Assembly (NCBI GenBank): GCA_002309015.1
Contig: DBWM01000012.1
Span: 16,638 to 80,637, forward strand
Source of the DNA: Myxococcales bacterium UBA1238
Lineage (GTDB): Bacteria > Myxococcota_A > Bradymonadia > UBA7976 > UBA1532
Direction of reading: 5' to 3'
DNA: 64,000 bases
In this document: positions 46,824-55,625 of the stretch, one piece after another
Numbering within the stretch: position 1 is the stretch's first letter
Layout of the letters: the number at the start of each line of letters is the position of its first letter
The notes under the pieces: model-generated
The model's input: the letters and a program-made list of their open reading frames with translations, nothing else
Database searches by the model: none
What the model was told of the DNA's origin: nothing
Translations under genes and position numbers: made by a program

Positions 46824-49800
46824 TCCGCTGCTTCCTGAGTCACAGCCGCTTCATCGATGGGCAGCGCCGCGATATACGGACGCGTGACCCGATCGGGGCT
46901 AAAGTGAACCGGTTTGGTAAGGATATCGGGGCTGTATCGGTAAACTTCGGGCTTTAACTGCGCCAACTCTTTGCCGGCAATTTCGGACCATTTGTTGGCC
47001 CATTTTTGCTGGCGCGCAATATCAAGGCAGTTCTCATAGCCGTTAATGGCCAAAGTCGTAGGCTGCTCCGCAAGCTTGACCATCTCGTTCTTAAAGGCCT
47101 CAGCCGCTTCTTCAAACTGGCTGAATTCCCTGGGGGCCTCAAGGTTATAAATATCCTGCGCGATTTGCTGCTGCATCTGACCGATGCGCACAGAAGCCGC
47201 CATCGACCAGTTGATGGCACCGATTTCGAGCACTTCGCGATACATCACGTCCACCGCGTTGGCCGCCTTGTTGCGGTTCACGATGCCTTCCTGCATGTCC
47301 TTGATGTATTTTTCAAGCCCTCTAACCTTGGGTAATTTAAGCGGATTTCTTCTAAACGCCTCGTAAGCGATTTCGGCTTGCTTAAACCGGGCTTCCGAGA
47401 TCGCCTCGCGTCCGCGCTTACCCAGCTTTTGTCGCTCATCGTTGTTGAGGCTCTTATAATAGTTATAAGCCGCATCGTATTGTTCACGAGACGCTTTTTC
47501 GTTCTTTGGACCGCCGCGCTGATGGAAGGCGTTGCCGTAATGCGCATAAACGGCAAGCACCAGATCGGGGGTTGCATATTTCTTATATTTGCGCAGGAAT
47601 TCCGCATAGTGATCGCAGGCCTGGTACCATTTCTCCTGGAGCTCCATGACCTGCCCGATGTTGAAATGCGCTTCAGCCGCCTTGGCTTTATCGGAGCCTA
47701 CCAAAGAGATGTAAGCCCGCGAATCTTCAATGGCTTTTGCGTATTGACCGAGTCCCTTGCGGAAGCCGGCCGCGCGCTCCAGCGCCTTCTGCGCCTCCTC
47801 TTTATCGGGGAAGTTGGCCGCATACACTTCATAGGCCTCGGAAGCCTCGGAGTAAGTCGCCAAATCCTCTTTATTTGCGGCAATCTGGAACAACGCCTTC
47901 GGCACCAGTTCCGAACCCGATACCTCCTGGATCATCTCCATGCGGACGGCGATCGCGCGATCGATGTTGCGCATGCGCTCGTAGTTGGCCGCCGAGTTGT
48001 AATAGGCTTTATCTACGAATTCCGAGTTCTTAAAATGATGCGCATATCGATAGTAACAACGCGCAGCTTCCAGGTAATCGTGACGCCCTTCAAAGGCACC
48101 GCAGCGCTTGAAGTTGGCCTGACGCTTGTAACTGTTCAATTCCTTATTGAATTGCGCATCGCGCGACGGCGTGTAGATGGGCAGGAACGTCTCGACCTGG
48201 GCGTTGAAGCTGTCGTAATCCTTGGTCAGGTTATACGTATCGAGCAACAGGTTTGCGGCAAACACAGCCTGGGCGTGATTGGGATGCTTTTCCGAGATTT
48301 CCTTGAAGATCGGGATCGCTTTATCAAAATGGTTATTATCGTAATAAAGCTTGGCAACGGAGTACTTAATCTCGATCAGATCGTCACCGTCCGGCACATA
48401 TTGCGAGTAAACTTCCGTGGCCTCAATATAACTCTTTTGAACTTCAGACAGTTCCTTCGGCTCGGGAATCGTCGCTTCCGCACCTTCTGAAAGCAGGCCG
48501 TCGTCCTTCTTGTCATCCTTCTTTTTGCCGCCCTTCTTCTTGTCCTTTTGAGCCGCCGCGATCTCCGCATTTTGCTGATCGATCAGGATGTTCTGATACG
48601 ACGTCACCATGTTGTAAGCCGCTTCCTTCTTGGTCTCCTCATCGGGATCCGATTTCAGAACACGGCCATAGGTTTGAGCTGCAAGTTCCCATCGCTCTAA
48701 GCGAAATGCCAGGTTTGCAGTGTTATACAGCGCGATCGCCAGATGGGGGCTGTCGGGGAAGATGTCGAGGTAATCCACGTAAAGATCGAGCGCGTTCTGG
48801 TACTCTTTTTTGCTCTTATTCTTCTCGGCCAGCGCGTACTGCTCTTCAGCCATCTTGCGCACCAGCGACTCGATCACCTCTTGATCCTGCGACACCTGAG
48901 CAGGCGTAGCGTCGGGCAATTCCTTTGCGGTTCGCCAAAGCTTGGCCAGCTCCTTCACGTCGTTGACCGCCAGAGACTGCTGACCGATCGTGGTGGAATT
49001 CGACACGATCTTAATCTGGAAGGTCATCGCCTTATAGGTGTTGGGATAGAGCTTAATGAGCTCGCGGTACATCGCATTCGATTGCGCAAGTTGGCCGGTA
49101 TCAATGTATTTTATCGCCAGCTGTTCAGAAAGCGCTAAATAATCGTTGGGCGCAATCGACTTAAAAAACGCGATGGTCTTTGCGGGATTGTTGTTGTCGG
49201 TGTTGACGTAAACGGTCACCAAATCGCGCGTCGCTTCCTTCTTGCGGGTCAGGCGCGCTTTGCCGCCCTGGGAATTCAGCTTGTTGGCGTGATTGATCAC
49301 CTCGACGAAGGTGTCGAGCGCATCCTGATATTGACCTTTGTTATAATAACACCAGCCCAGCTTGTGCAGAGCCAGGTTATAAAGATCAGACTCGCGGTAG
49401 TCGGTGGTCACCTTGCGATAAAACACCGTCGCGTTGGGAATATCGCCCGCATCAAAATAAATCTCACCCAGGTTATAGAGCGCATCGGGGATATGCGGGG
49501 AATCCGGGTGATTCTGAATCAGGAAAACATAGAATTTCTGCGCATTTTCGGTCTCGCCCTTTTGCTGGTAATCGAAACCGAGGGCGAACAAAACGCGGTC
49601 TATATTTTCATAGTTTGGATATTGCTGCGCAATATAGCGGTAAATTTCCTGAGATTTTGCGCCATCCGTCTTTTTGATCTGCTCCAGGCGCGCGTTGTAG
49701 CGCTCTTCGCATTTGGCCAGCGCAGCGTCGTCATCCATGGAGCGCTCAAGACAGGCCGTATGCTCATCGCTCGCCTTGATTTCTTCATTCTCAGCGCGCT

Positions 49801-50014
49801 TTGCATAAAGCTCCGACAAACGGAAATAGAGCTCAGGCTTCTTGGGATCCGTTTCGGGCGTCATCTGGATCAGGCGTTGAAGGCCGTTAAAGACCTCCTC
49901 ATTTTTCTGCTCAAGCTGAGCGCTCTGCTGAGCATTCGCCGCCCCACAAAAAACTGCAGATGCGAAAACCGCGCGCATTACGCCGCGCCATGCACCCCTT
50001 CTCATCGACCGCAC
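46820..50014 (-). CDS. very large secreted TPR protein (GltD/AgmU-like, module B)
   Basis: 1064-aa ORF. Signal ...MRAVFASAVFCGAANA. TPR-like repeats throughout, plus a Lys-rich insert KDKKKGGKKKDDKKDD. The in-frame ATG at 50005 forms an ATGA overlap with the upstream stop and may be the true start. Confidence 0.85.
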   Translation of the reverse strand: MRSMRRGAWRGVMRAVFASAVFCGAANAQQSAQLEQKNEEVFNGLQRLIQMTPETDPKKPELYFRLSELYAKRAENEEIKASDEHTACLERSMDDDAALAKCEERYNARLEQIKKTDGAKSQEIYRYIAQQYPNYENIDRVLFALGFDYQQKGETENAQKFYVFLIQNHPDSPHIPDALYNLGEIYFDAGDIPNATVFYRKVTTDYRESDLYNLALHKLGWCYYNKGQYQDALDTFVEVINHANKLNSQGGKARLTRKKEATRDLVTVYVNTDNNNPAKTIAFFKSIAPNDYLALSEQLAIKYIDTGQLAQSNAMYRELIKLYPNTYKAMTFQIKIVSNSTTIGQQSLAVNDVKELAKLWRTAKELPDATPAQVSQDQEVIESLVRKMAEEQYALAEKNKSKKEYQNALDLYVDYLDIFPDSPHLAIALYNTANLAFRLERWELAAQTYGRVLKSDPDEETKKEAAYNMVTSYQNILIDQQNAEIAAAQKDKKKGGKKKDDKKDDGLLSEGAEATIPEPKELSEVQKSYIEATEVYSQYVPDGDDLIEIKYSVAKLYYDNNHFDKAIPIFKEISEKHPNHAQAVFAANLLLDTYNLTKDYDSFNAQVETFLPIYTPSRDAQFNKELNSYKRQANFKRCGAFEGRHDYLEAARCYYRYAHHFKNSEFVDKAYYNSAANYERMRNIDRAIAVRMEMIQEVSGSELVPKALFQIAANKEDLATYSEASEAYEVYAANFPDKEEAQKALERAAGFRKGLGQYAKAIEDSRAYISLVGSDKAKAAEAHFNIGQVMELQEKWYQACDHYAEFLRKYKKYATPDLVLAVYAHYGNAFHQRGGPKNEKASREQYDAAYNYYKSLNNDERQKLGKRGREAISEARFKQAEIAYEAFRRNPLKLPKVRGLEKYIKDMQEGIVNRNKAANAVDVMYREVLEIGAINWSMAASVRIGQMQQQIAQDIYNLEAPREFSQFEEAAEAFKNEMVKLAEQPTTLAINGYENCLDIARQQKWANKWSEIAGKELAQLKPEVYRYSPDILTKPVHFSPDRVTRPYIAALPIDEAAVTQEAAE

Positions 50015-51561
50015 TCCGATTTGATCGTGTAAAGGTAATAGCCCAGTTCATCGCGCCAGAATTCGCCGGTAAAGGGCCAATAAATATGCTCATCGTCCGT
50101 TGCATAGACCGGTCCGGACGAAGTGGAATGGTTGATAAATCCAGCTGCGCGCATCGGATTTTCGAGATTGACCGCTTCCGCCGTCAGAATTTCGATCTCG
50201 ATCTTTTGCGCCTGGCTGAGCAAATCGTTCAGTTCGTTTACGACGCCCTGAAGCTGCTGCTGGGTCAGACGGCCCGCTTCGGCCACACCGTAGGAGCGCA
50301 CGAACTCGGTATCCGACAAAATCTCTTCTGCCAGCTGACTCTTGGACCAGGAAGACTTGGAGCTCGTGATCAGATCCTTTTCGCGATCGAGCTCGCGCAT
50401 ATAGGCGTTCAGCCGCTTCAGGGATTTATCCTGGAAGGCGGCGTTGAGGATCTGCTGCACGCGCGGCGAAATCGCCTCACCGGAATCCTGCATCTTGTTG
50501 AGATAGTTGTAGAGCTCGACGGGATCCTCGTAACTGGCGATGTAGCCTTGAATTTCGTCGCGCAGAGGCTCGTAGGTGGCACGGAATTCGTTCAAAGCAT
50601 CGCGCGCTTTTTCGTAATTGCAGTTCGAGAAGAAAATCACCGCCTTCAAAATGCCCGCTTCAGGCACATATTCATCGGTAAAGAACGACGAACCGAGGGT
50701 CAGCAGGTTGCCGAGCGCCTTCTCGTGGTTGTTCATGCGGAAGAAGGTCCAGCTCGCCTCAAAGAGCGCGTCGAGCCAGAGCGGGCTGTCGAGTGGAATC
50801 GAGTCGTAATACTGCACCGCCTGCGGGAATGCGTTCATGCCGTAGTAAATACGGGCGATCGACAAAGTGGCTAACTGGCTGAAATACTTCATATCTTCGG
50901 TCAGTTGCGAGCTTCCCTTGGCGGCTTCAATCAGCTGCTTGAACACCGCGATCGACGGCTGAGGATAGCCCTGGCGCATCAGGGTCATCCCTTCAAGGAA
51001 TTTGGCCTTTGGGAAGTAACGGCTGCCCGCATCCACCTGACGCAGGAATTCGATCGAATGGGGCAAATCGCCTTGCTGGTAGTGATATTGCCCGATCAGG
51101 AACGCGAGCTCAGAACGGAAATCCGCCGGACAATCGTCGGGACGATATTTCACGATCTTTTCGAGCATCGTCGAGTCGCCCGAAATCTTTCGCGACAGGT
51201 AATAGAGCCACTTACAGGTTGCGCGATAATAGCGATGCTCCGGCCCCGCCTCGACCACGCGCCCGAAATACGTCATTGAAGCCTGATAAAGCCCCAGACG
51301 GTAAAGGGTTTTGCCCAACGAATATTCGGACTTCTGCTCCGCTGGCGACACCGCGATTTCGTTACGAGTCACAATCTTGTGCAAGATCAAGCTCGCTCTC
51401 AAAAAGTCTTTGCGCTTGTAAGCGCGCTGCGCTTCGTTGAGATCTTGCTTGGTGGCTTTCTCTGCATCGACATCGATCGGCGCAAAATCGAAATCTTGGG
51501 CAGAAGCACAGAGAGGCGCTAACGTTAGAATCGACAAAAGAAAACGGCGAAGAAAGGGCAT
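50002..51561 (-). CDS. secreted TPR protein (GltC-like position, module B)
   Basis: ATG 51561 with GGAGGGG RBS gives 519 aa starting MPFLRRFLLSILTLAPLCASA. Shares motif blocks with the 5557..7785 protein. The 132-codon upstream extension in the track lacks a signal peptide and an RBS. Confidence 0.8.
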   Translation of the reverse strand: MPFLRRFLLSILTLAPLCASAQDFDFAPIDVDAEKATKQDLNEAQRAYKRKDFLRASLILHKIVTRNEIAVSPAEQKSEYSLGKTLYRLGLYQASMTYFGRVVEAGPEHRYYRATCKWLYYLSRKISGDSTMLEKIVKYRPDDCPADFRSELAFLIGQYHYQQGDLPHSIEFLRQVDAGSRYFPKAKFLEGMTLMRQGYPQPSIAVFKQLIEAAKGSSQLTEDMKYFSQLATLSIARIYYGMNAFPQAVQYYDSIPLDSPLWLDALFEASWTFFRMNNHEKALGNLLTLGSSFFTDEYVPEAGILKAVIFFSNCNYEKARDALNEFRATYEPLRDEIQGYIASYEDPVELYNYLNKMQDSGEAISPRVQQILNAAFQDKSLKRLNAYMRELDREKDLITSSKSSWSKSQLAEEILSDTEFVRSYGVAEAGRLTQQQLQGVVNELNDLLSQAQKIEIEILTAEAVNLENPMRAAGFINHSTSSGPVYATDDEHIYWPFTGEFWRDELGYYLYTIKSECGR

Positions 51562-51754
51562 ATTCCCCTCCAAGGCGAATTGTGAGAGCCGTTCAAAAGG
51601 TACCCCCAAAATGAGAAGTTTCGTATACCTTTGCCATCCGCAGAACGCAAACCAAATCAGGCACAAAAGCGGATGAACGCATCTCTTGCTCAAATGGCGC
51701 CAACCGCGTAAGGTAAATCGATTGTTTGAACTGCGCTCGCTGCTGGAGGCAACC

Positions 51755-52174
51755 ATGCGTCTCTTTTTTGCTGTCACAACCGCTCCCGCAACCCTCGCCA
51801 CCGCATTTTTCGGGCTCGTTTTAAGCGTTGCCGGTTGCGACACTGGTTTTGGCCAACCCTGCAATATTCCTGAAAATATTTCGCTTTGCGAAGGCACCAA
51901 GACCGATGTTGAAGATGGAGGCGTCATGACCGAAACGAGTGCCTCATGCGCCATCAACCAATACGCACGCTGCGAAACAAAAATCTGCCTGACCTATAAA
52001 GGCTCAGACGCTTTTTGCAGCATCGCCTGCATCAACGACGACGATTGCCCAGGAAAAGCCCTGTGCAAGCCGATCATCGGTGGAGACGACAACAGCGGCA
52101 TCAACCCCTGCGAGCCTTCTGACGCCGGCTTCACGCCCGAATGCTACTGCGTCAAAGCGAGCGCGCTTCAATAA
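51755..52174 (+). CDS. Cys-rich lipoprotein
   Basis: ATG 51755 with GGAGG. Lipobox LSVAGC. 12 further Cys in about 110 mature residues (for example CINDDDCPGKALC). Divergent from module B. Confidence 0.7.
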   Translation: MRLFFAVTTAPATLATAFFGLVLSVAGCDTGFGQPCNIPENISLCEGTKTDVEDGGVMTETSASCAINQYARCETKICLTYKGSDAFCSIACINDDDCPGKALCKPIIGGDDNSGINPCEPSDAGFTPECYCVKASALQ

Positions 52175-52180
52175 CCTGCC

Positions 52181-52555
52181 CTAAAACGCCTCATCCGGCA
52201 CAAACGCGTTCTCGACATATTCCAAAGCAGGCGGCGAGCACGCAAAATTGACCGCCGCCGCATCAAACCGTAAGTCTCCGTTTTCCCACGGGAATTTCTC
52301 TAAATACCTGATAGCTGCGCGGGCAACCAAACGCTGTTTTCTGGCCGTAATGGTCCAGAGCGCGGACTTCAAAAACGGCGTCGAAACGGAGCGCACCTCT
52401 ACAAAAATCCGAAGCGTCCCCCGATGCGCCACCAAATCGATCTCGCCGCCCTGGCAGACCCAGTTGCGCGTCTCGATCACAAACCCCTGCGACTCCAGGT
52501 AGCGGGCCACAAAATCTTCACCCGCCCGGCCGAGCGCCAGCCTCGAACTCGTCAT
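52181..52555 (-). CDS. yraN: YraN-family (UPF0102) endonuclease-like protein
   Basis: [35 protein letters not shown]...IFVEVRS. Confidence 0.88.
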   Translation of the reverse strand: MTSSRLALGRAGEDFVARYLESQGFVIETRNWVCQGGEIDLVAHRGTLRIFVEVRSVSTPFLKSALWTITARKQRLVARAAIRYLEKFPWENGDLRFDAAAVNFACSPPALEYVENAFVPDEAF

Positions 52556-53229
52556 GTTTTATTTAACTCTGCGGATTTAAAGGCAAAACTCTTTCTATGT
52601 TCCGGGCAGGGCCCCAGTTTTTCCAAAGCGATGCGATGCTGCAGCGTGCCGTAGCCTTTATGTTGCGCGAATCCATACCCCGGATAGCGTTTATCGAGCG
52701 CGATCATGCGGCAGTCCCGCGAAACTTTGGCCAGAATGCTCGCTGAAGCGATCGCCAGACTGCGGTGATCGCCTCCCACAAGCGCCCGCTGCTCGCCCAG
52801 ATAGTGAGGCAACTTGAGCTTGCCGTCGACCAGAAGCAAATCCGCCTTGCGCCCCAGACGCTTTTCCACCTGCAGAATCGCCGCCCGCATCGCTTCAAAG
52901 GTGGCCGCCAGAATGTTGATTTCATCGATTCTGGAAGCTTCAACTCTCGCAATGCCAAAGGCTTTTACGGATCGCACAATTTGATGGGCGAGCTGCCTGC
53001 GCTTGAAATCCGTCAGCTTTTTGCTGTCGTCGACCCCATCGGGCAAGCCTTCGCCGAGCACCACCGCCGCCGCAACCACAGGCCCCGCCAATGGTCCCCG
53101 CCCCACTTCGTCCACACCGATCACCGTCGAATAGCCGTTTTCGCGCGCCCAGCGATCCACCGCGCCGATGGGCCCGGAAGAAGGCGGATCAGCATCTGGA
53201 AGCAAAGCGCTCAGGGAAAGCTGCTGCAT
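52552..53229 (-). CDS. rnhB: ribonuclease HII
   Basis: [26 protein letters not shown], and ASILAK, the conserved active-site-region SIxAK pattern. Confidence 0.93.
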   Translation of the reverse strand: MQQLSLSALLPDADPPSSGPIGAVDRWARENGYSTVIGVDEVGRGPLAGPVVAAAVVLGEGLPDGVDDSKKLTDFKRRQLAHQIVRSVKAFGIARVEASRIDEINILAATFEAMRAAILQVEKRLGRKADLLLVDGKLKLPHYLGEQRALVGGDHRSLAIASASILAKVSRDCRMIALDKRYPGYGFAQHKGYGTLQHRIALEKLGPCPEHRKSFAFKSAELNKT

Positions 53230-53273
53230 GGGGTAACCTGTTGAAAATCAAACTTTTTACAAAACCCGCATAT

Positions 53274-53305
53274 AAAAAAAGCCTACTCCGCAAGGCGAAG
53301 TAGGC
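53274..53305 (-). terminator. intrinsic terminator after rplS
   Basis: Minus strand: GCCTACT, 11-nt loop, AGTAGGC, followed by TTTTTTTATAT. Confidence 0.75.
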
Positions 53306-53339
53306 TTTGAGCGAAAATCCAAATGACGCGACGCCAAAA

Positions 53340-53690
53340 TTAGCGGCGCTGTCCGCGATCGCGAATACGAGCGGCCTTACCGGCGCGGGCGCGCAGGAAG
53401 TAGATGCGGCCCTGACGCACGCGACCTTCGCGCACAACCTCGATCTTTTCGATGGTGGGGCTGTAAAGCGGGAAAATACGCTCGACGCCGATACCGTAGC
53501 TGATCTTGCGGACGGTAAAGGTGGAGCGCAAAGTCGCATTGTGACGGCGCAGGCAAACACCTTCAAAGGCCTGAATACGGGTCTTTTCACCTTCGCGAAT
53601 GCGGACGTGGACCCGGACCGTATCGCCAGCGCGGAACTTGGGCATATCGCCCTTCAAAAATGGTTTCTCAACAGCGCAGAGGGCGTTCAT
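53340..53690 (-). CDS. rplS: 50S ribosomal protein L19
   Basis: [31 protein letters not shown]...[21 protein letters not shown]. Confidence 0.96.
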   Translation of the reverse strand: MNALCAVEKPFLKGDMPKFRAGDTVRVHVRIREGEKTRIQAFEGVCLRRHNATLRSTFTVRKISYGIGVERIFPLYSPTIEKIEVVREGRVRQGRIYFLRARAGKAARIRDRGQRR

Positions 53691-54439
53691 TTTTCGTTCT
53701 CCTCGGTCTCGCCCGACTTCAGTTCGAGCACGTACCGCTGCTCATCAGCAGTCAACTCTGCTGACTCTAAAAGATCCGGCCGAAACTCAGCCGTACGGCG
53801 CAACGACTCACGGCGTCGCCACGCTTCAATGCGAGCGTGATGCCCGCTTAACAAAACTTCAGGAATGCTTTCCCCTCGCCACTCCGCCGGACGAGTGTAT
53901 TGGGGGTATTCGAGCAGACCCGCTGAACCAAAGGATTCATTGACAGGCGATTCTGCGTTTCCCAGGACACCCGGAACCAGCCGCAGCGTCGCATCCAAAA
54001 CGCATAAGGCAGCTAACTCACCGCCCGACAAGACATAATCGCCTATGGAGATGACGTCGTCCACGTACCGTTGAATCACGCGCTCATCGATGCCTTCATA
54101 GCGGCCACAAAGCAACGCCACATTCGACATCTTTGAAAACGCTTCCGCATCCCGCTGGCGAAAAGGTCTGCCATGCGGCGCCAGAAGCACTTTGCGATCC
54201 ATCGGTCCGAGCGATTCAAAAGCGAGCGCGATGGGCTCCGGTTTCATCACCATGCCCGCGCCGCCTCCAAAAGGCACGTCATCTACGGTTCGGTGTCGAT
54301 CGAATGTAAAATCCCGGATATCAACGGTTTTTACATTCACCAACTCTGCTCGGATTGCGCGTCCGATCACTCCATCTCGAACATAGCTCAAGATCATCTC
54401 TGGAAAGAGCGTCAATACAGTGAACGAAACCGCGCACAT
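53687..54439 (-). CDS. trmD: tRNA (guanine37-N1)-methyltransferase
   Basis: [33 protein letters not shown] and GDYVLSGGE. Confidence 0.95.
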   Translation of the reverse strand: MCAVSFTVLTLFPEMILSYVRDGVIGRAIRAELVNVKTVDIRDFTFDRHRTVDDVPFGGGAGMVMKPEPIALAFESLGPMDRKVLLAPHGRPFRQRDAEAFSKMSNVALLCGRYEGIDERVIQRYVDDVISIGDYVLSGGELAALCVLDATLRLVPGVLGNAESPVNESFGSAGLLEYPQYTRPAEWRGESIPEVLLSGHHARIEAWRRRESLRRTAEFRPDLLESAELTADEQRYVLELKSGETEENEK

Positions 54440-54448
54440 TTCAAAGAA

Positions 54449-55033
54449 CTAATCTTGAAGCAAACCTTCAAGATCGACCAGCGTTAAAACCCGCGCATTT
54501 AAATCGCATTCGACGATAAATTCTCGACGCGCAGGCACCAAGCGCTCTTCTTTACCCGTCTGGACGACCAAATATTGATTGCCCGCCGCCTCGCAAACAT
54601 CGATCAGCCGACCCATGTTTTCGCGCGAAGGCGTGCGCACTTGGCATCCGATTAAATCCACCAGGTAAAGCTCGCCTTCTTGCAAAGGCTCGAACGCTTC
54701 ACGCTTTTCAAACCACGTCAATCCGCAAAGAGCAGCCGCTTGATCGCGATCATCAATCCCGTCCAAGCTGATCAACCACCCTTTGGGGTCGCGCCGCGCT
54801 GACCGTACGCAATAAGCGCGCAATCCAGAAACCTGAGCAGAGCCCTCGCCATTTTCGGAACCCACCCAGATTTCGCGATTTTCACACAGCAAACGACCAG
54901 CCCCATTGTGAGGCCAAAAACGCAATTCACCCTGCACGCCGTGAGGTCGACCGATCTTCCCCATGGCGATCAAAGTTTTTGCGTCTTGCCCCAAATCCTG
55001 GATTGCTGCGGAGGCATCCATATCAATCGACAA
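54449..55033 (-). CDS. rimM: 16S rRNA processing protein RimM
   Basis: GKIGRPHGVQGELRF, a PRC-barrel C-terminus, and the expected position between the KH gene and trmD. The start may be ATG 55021. Confidence 0.88.
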   Translation of the reverse strand: MSIDMDASAAIQDLGQDAKTLIAMGKIGRPHGVQGELRFWPHNGAGRLLCENREIWVGSENGEGSAQVSGLRAYCVRSARRDPKGWLISLDGIDDRDQAAALCGLTWFEKREAFEPLQEGELYLVDLIGCQVRTPSRENMGRLIDVCEAAGNQYLVVQTGKEERLVPARREFIVECDLNARVLTLVDLEGLLQD

Positions 55034-55244
55034 CTTCGAGCGCTACCCTTGGCCCGGGAGCCGCTTCTAAAATCGTCTCAATGGCGCGGATCGTGCGACC
55101 TTGCCGCCCAATCACGCAACCCCGATCGGCCTCAGCGACGGACAATCGCAACACAGGCTCCCCACGGCGATCTCCAAGCGTCACCTCGACCGCATCAGGT
55201 TCCGAGACGATCGCCCGCACGATATAAGCGAGGAGCTCTTCCAC
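55023..55244 (-). CDS. KH-domain RNA-binding protein (YlqC-like)
   Basis: 73 aa with VIGRQGRTIRAIETIL (GxxG KH loop); conserved position after rpsP. Confidence 0.85.
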   Translation of the reverse strand: MEELLAYIVRAIVSEPDAVEVTLGDRRGEPVLRLSVAEADRGCVIGRQGRTIRAIETILEAAPGPRVALEVVD

Positions 55245-55248
55245 AGCA

Positions 55249-55506
55249 TCAACCTGCGACGACGGCTTCGCGCTTCTGGCGACGAATTAAGCTGGCGACC
55301 GTATCGGAAGGCTTGGCACCGACGGAAAGCCAGTAATTCAGGCGCTCATCGTTAAACTTGATCATGGACGGCTTGGTCATCGGATCGTACAGACCGACCT
55401 GCTCCAAAAAGCGTCCGTTGCGAGGGGCACGTTCATCGGCAGCGACCACCCGGTAGAAGGGGCGCTTTTTAGCACCGAAACGCTGCATCCTAATTTTGAC
55501 GGCCAT
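55249..55506 (-). CDS. rpsP: 30S ribosomal protein S16
   Basis: MAVKIRMQRFGAKKRPFYRVVAAD... from ATG 55506. Confidence 0.95.
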   Translation of the reverse strand: MAVKIRMQRFGAKKRPFYRVVAADERAPRNGRFLEQVGLYDPMTKPSMIKFNDERLNYWLSVGAKPSDTVASLIRRQKREAVVAG

Positions 55507-55625
55507 AAAACCGCACTCCTTAAAAAGAAACACAAATCATCTGGCGAGTGGCCAGATCCAAAAACTGGGGCAAACTAGTGGCAGATGCTTTAAAAGTCAA
55601 CTCCTATCCGCAAAAAGTCTGCCGT

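Noticed and set aside
51688-51702. GG-N10-GC element (minus strand TGGCGCCATTTGAGCA) upstream of module B, considered as a sigma54 promoter.
   Set aside because: It keeps only the minimal GG/GC dinucleotides, matches the flanking consensus poorly, and lies about 115 nt from the start codon. Such minimal matches are expected by chance. It should be re-examined only if a genome-wide matrix scan scores it.
55539-55557. Hairpin ATCTGGC-GAGTG-GCCAGAT between the sulfatase lipoprotein gene and rpsP.
   Set aside because: The stem is short (7 bp) and the trailing T-tract is interrupted. It is equally compatible with a weak terminator or with nothing, so it is not annotated.
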